The notes under the pieces: model-generated
Databases searched by the model: none
Seen by the model: only the letters and a program-made list of their open reading frames with translations
What the model was told of the DNA's origin: nothing
Assembly (NCBI GenBank): GCA_030018135.1
Contig: JASEGJ010000006.1
Span: 1 to 50,942 of the forward strand
Direction: 5' to 3'
Origin: Candidatus Hodarchaeaceae archaeon
GTDB taxonomy: Archaea; Hadarchaeota; Hadarchaeia; Hadarchaeales; Hadarchaeaceae
Length of the DNA: 50,942 nucleotides
Shown: piece by piece, positions 48,809 through 50,942 of the stretch
Layout of the letters: each line of letters starts with the position of its first letter
Position numbering within the stretch: position 1 is the first letter of the stretch
Program-made: the position numbers and the translations under genes

Positions 48809-49197
48809 CGGGGGAGGGGAGACCTCGTACGAGGAGCCGCGGTACGACCGCGTGGAACGAGATTGAGGCACCCCTAGGCTAAAAACCAAAGTGCGGTCTC
48901 GACCGCGTAAAGGAGTTTGCCGTTGCGCTCCAACGAAAAAAAGGAAAAAGTGATCAAAAAAACTTGAGAAAATACTTAAGCGGCTTCGGAGAATCTGTCA
49001 AAGGAGCTCCTCGCGGCGCCAAGCCGTGCGCAGGTGTTTGAAAAGGACTTCGAATTCCCGCGGTCTTATCCGCGTCAAACCCTTGAGCCTATTCACGGTG
49101 ACCGTCGAGCCATCGGTGTTATCACTCCCGGCTAAAAATGTGGCGTGCTGGAAAATTAATAAACTGGTGCTCATTGTTTGTTCCGGAAGATGATCGC

Positions 49198-49965
49198 ATG
49201 CGTCTTCTACTAAAGCTCCGGGCGCTGAAGGATCAAGCGTACGACTTGAAATACCACCACAAGCTTCAGGGGTTCATCTACGATTTGCTCGATGGGACGC
49301 CGTACGAAAAGCTACACAACCGCAAGGGGTACAAATTCTTCTGCTTCTCAAACATCTTCCCACCCGAAGGGATGCGAACAGGAGTTATCCGAAACCTGTT
49401 GATCTCTTCCCCCGATCTCGGGTTGATCGAGGTGTTAAATCGAAAAATCGCCGAGACCATGGAGGGAGAGAAACCGGTGAACGTCGGCGAAATGTCTTTC
49501 AAGCTCGAAGAGGCCCGTTTGCTCAAACCAAGACTCGAACGAAATTGCATGTTGATCACTGGAACCCCCATTGTGATCAGAATACCCAAGGAGGACTACG
49601 AAAAATACGGGATCAAACCTCCAAAGGATTACGACTACGTTTACTGGAGGAAGCGATATTCATTTGAGGCTTTCATCAAACAACTGGAGGATAACCTGTT
49701 CAAGAAGTATAACGAGTTTTATGGGGGGTCTTTGGAGAAGTTTCCACTGTTCGAGCAGTTCATGTTCAAGAAGCAGGTCTGCAATCACGTTGTGCTCGGA
49801 GGGAACGAGGTCAAGGTTTTTGGTTCCGTTTGGGAGTTCGCGTTTAGTTATTTAAATGAGGAGCGAAAAAAATTACTACAGTTCGGGCTGGACTGCGGGC
49901 TTGGAGAGCTGAACTCCATGGGGTTTGGGTTCATTAATGTTGAAATACCAAAGGCGCCTAAATGA
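49198..49965 (+). CDS. cas6: CRISPR-associated endoribonuclease Cas6
   Basis: YHHKLQGFIY, YKFFCFSNIF, TGTPIVIRI and G-loop GLGELNSMGFG motifs. Confidence 0.93.
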   Translation: MRLLLKLRALKDQAYDLKYHHKLQGFIYDLLDGTPYEKLHNRKGYKFFCFSNIFPPEGMRTGVIRNLLISSPDLGLIEVLNRKIAETMEGEKPVNVGEMSFKLEEARLLKPRLERNCMLITGTPIVIRIPKEDYEKYGIKPPKDYDYVYWRKRYSFEAFIKQLEDNLFKKYNEFYGGSLEKFPLFEQFMFKKQVCNHVVLGGNEVKVFGSVWEFAFSYLNEERKKLLQFGLDCGLGELNSMGFGFINVEIPKAPK

Positions 49966-49975
49966 TGGTAATTAC

Positions 49976-50489
49976 ATGGAGGAAGTAAGACAAATATTAG
50001 AGAATGAGATAGATTTTGATAATCTTAACGTTTCTTTCAAACAGGAACATCCGCCTTTCAAAATGTCGATTAGAGGAATAAGATTTTACAATCCCATTCT
50101 TGGAGCGGCTCTCCAGCAATCAATAGTAAGCAATCTATCAAACGTCTTTAATAGCAAGATCTTTGAGGAAAAAAGAAAAAATCTCCATTCACTTTTCAAA
50201 CAGAGTAAAACTAAAAGGAGAGCTGAGGAGCGATTTCGAGCTGAATTGAGGAAAGAGATAATTGACCTTGCTAACGAGGAGTTGGGGAAAAAGTTACGCG
50301 GGGGGGGACATTCCAACGCCTGTATTCCCAACAAGCGTTGCCTATGATAAGGCTCCCAATTACTACATCTCTTCAGAAAGCTACACCGAAGAAACAAAGA
50401 CCACCCTAATAAATCACTTAGCGAGTTTAGCGGTGGGAAGATGTGGATATAAATTCTATGGTTTTGTAGGTTTTCCTCGGAAATGTTGA
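49976..50489 (+). pseudogene. AT-rich gene after cas6, possibly a Cas8-like large subunit N-terminus; frameshifted at a G-run and cut by an IS
   Basis: Position right after cas6; frames 49976-50347 and 50262-50489 join at the G-run near 50300; the identity is a positional inference. Confidence 0.4.
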
Positions 50490-50555
50490 TTTTATAGCTT
50501 GCTAAGTGAATACTGTAGGGGCTGGCCTAGGCTTAGGGGTGACAGAAGGTGAAGA

Positions 50556-50942
50556 ATGAAGTGTCCTCACTGCGGGTCCAGCCGGACCATGAAGGCAGGC
50601 AAGCTGAAACGCAAGTACCTGACGAGGCAAGGATACAGGTGCAAGGGGTGCAAGCGTTACTTCGTCGAGCGCAATGGGTTTGAAGGCAGGCACTACCCGG
50701 GCGAGATCATCGCCTTGGTGCTGCATCTCTTCGTCGAGGGGCTTTCGCTAAGCAAGATCAGGGATATTATGTGGCAACATCACGGATACAGGCCAGCGGA
50801 CTCAACGATCCTGGACTGGGTCAAGAACTACTCGAAGCTCCTCAAGCGATTCGAGCGCAAACGCATGCCCAAGCCGAAGGTCAAGGGAAGGATCCACCTC
50901 GACGAGGTTGAGCTGAAGGTTGGGAAAAAAAGATCTGGTGCA
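50556..50942 (+). mobile_element. IS6-like transposase, second copy (runs off the window)
   Basis: MKCPHCGS...YRCKGC...TILDWVKNY...KGRIHLDEVELKVG; homologous to 47397-48291. Confidence 0.8.

Larger units (their letters stand above)
41195..50942. mobile_element. Integrated element/genomic island at tRNA-Arg(CCG); right border not seen
   Basis: Integrase directly after the tRNA, compositional shift, hypothetical genes, IS elements and cas genes; no second copy of the tRNA 3' end noticed. Confidence 0.7.

Noticed and set aside
46750-50942. CRISPR array near cas6
   Set aside because: No regularly spaced 25-40 bp repeats were seen here or elsewhere in the window.
1-50942. Genome-wide TAG recoding
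   Set aside because: Many conserved genes (larC, herA, AOR1, transcarbamylase, apgM) end at TAG at their expected C-termini.

Overview
Archaeal chromosome segment, shown by an HMf-type histone, DGGGP synthase, NurA-HerA, BHB-intron tRNAs and GGAGGTG Shine-Dalgarno sites. It looks like an anaerobic euryarchaeal-type organism; Hadarchaeia is only an inference. Bases 1-41 kb are mostly housekeeping and metabolic genes: larC, a 2-oxoacid synthase/dehydratase/dehydrogenase operon that looks like a Re-citrate route to 2-oxoglutarate, three tungsten aldehyde:ferredoxin oxidoreductases, a transcarbamylase, TldD/PmbA and apgM. Four tRNA genes are present; tRNA-Trp and tRNA-Cys each carry two introns, one of them in the T-arm. 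A decayed defence patch at about 26.3-30.0 kb holds AAA+DUF4143 ATPases, a PIN fragment and an unannotated Cas6 C-terminus. From tRNA-Arg(CCG) at 41.1 kb to the window end lies an integrated element with a tyrosine integrase, a KfrA-like HTH/coiled-coil gene behind tandem repeats, IS630, IS6-like copies, an IS110 remnant, cas6 and a probable truncated cas8. All calls come from reading motifs by eye; no database searches were run.
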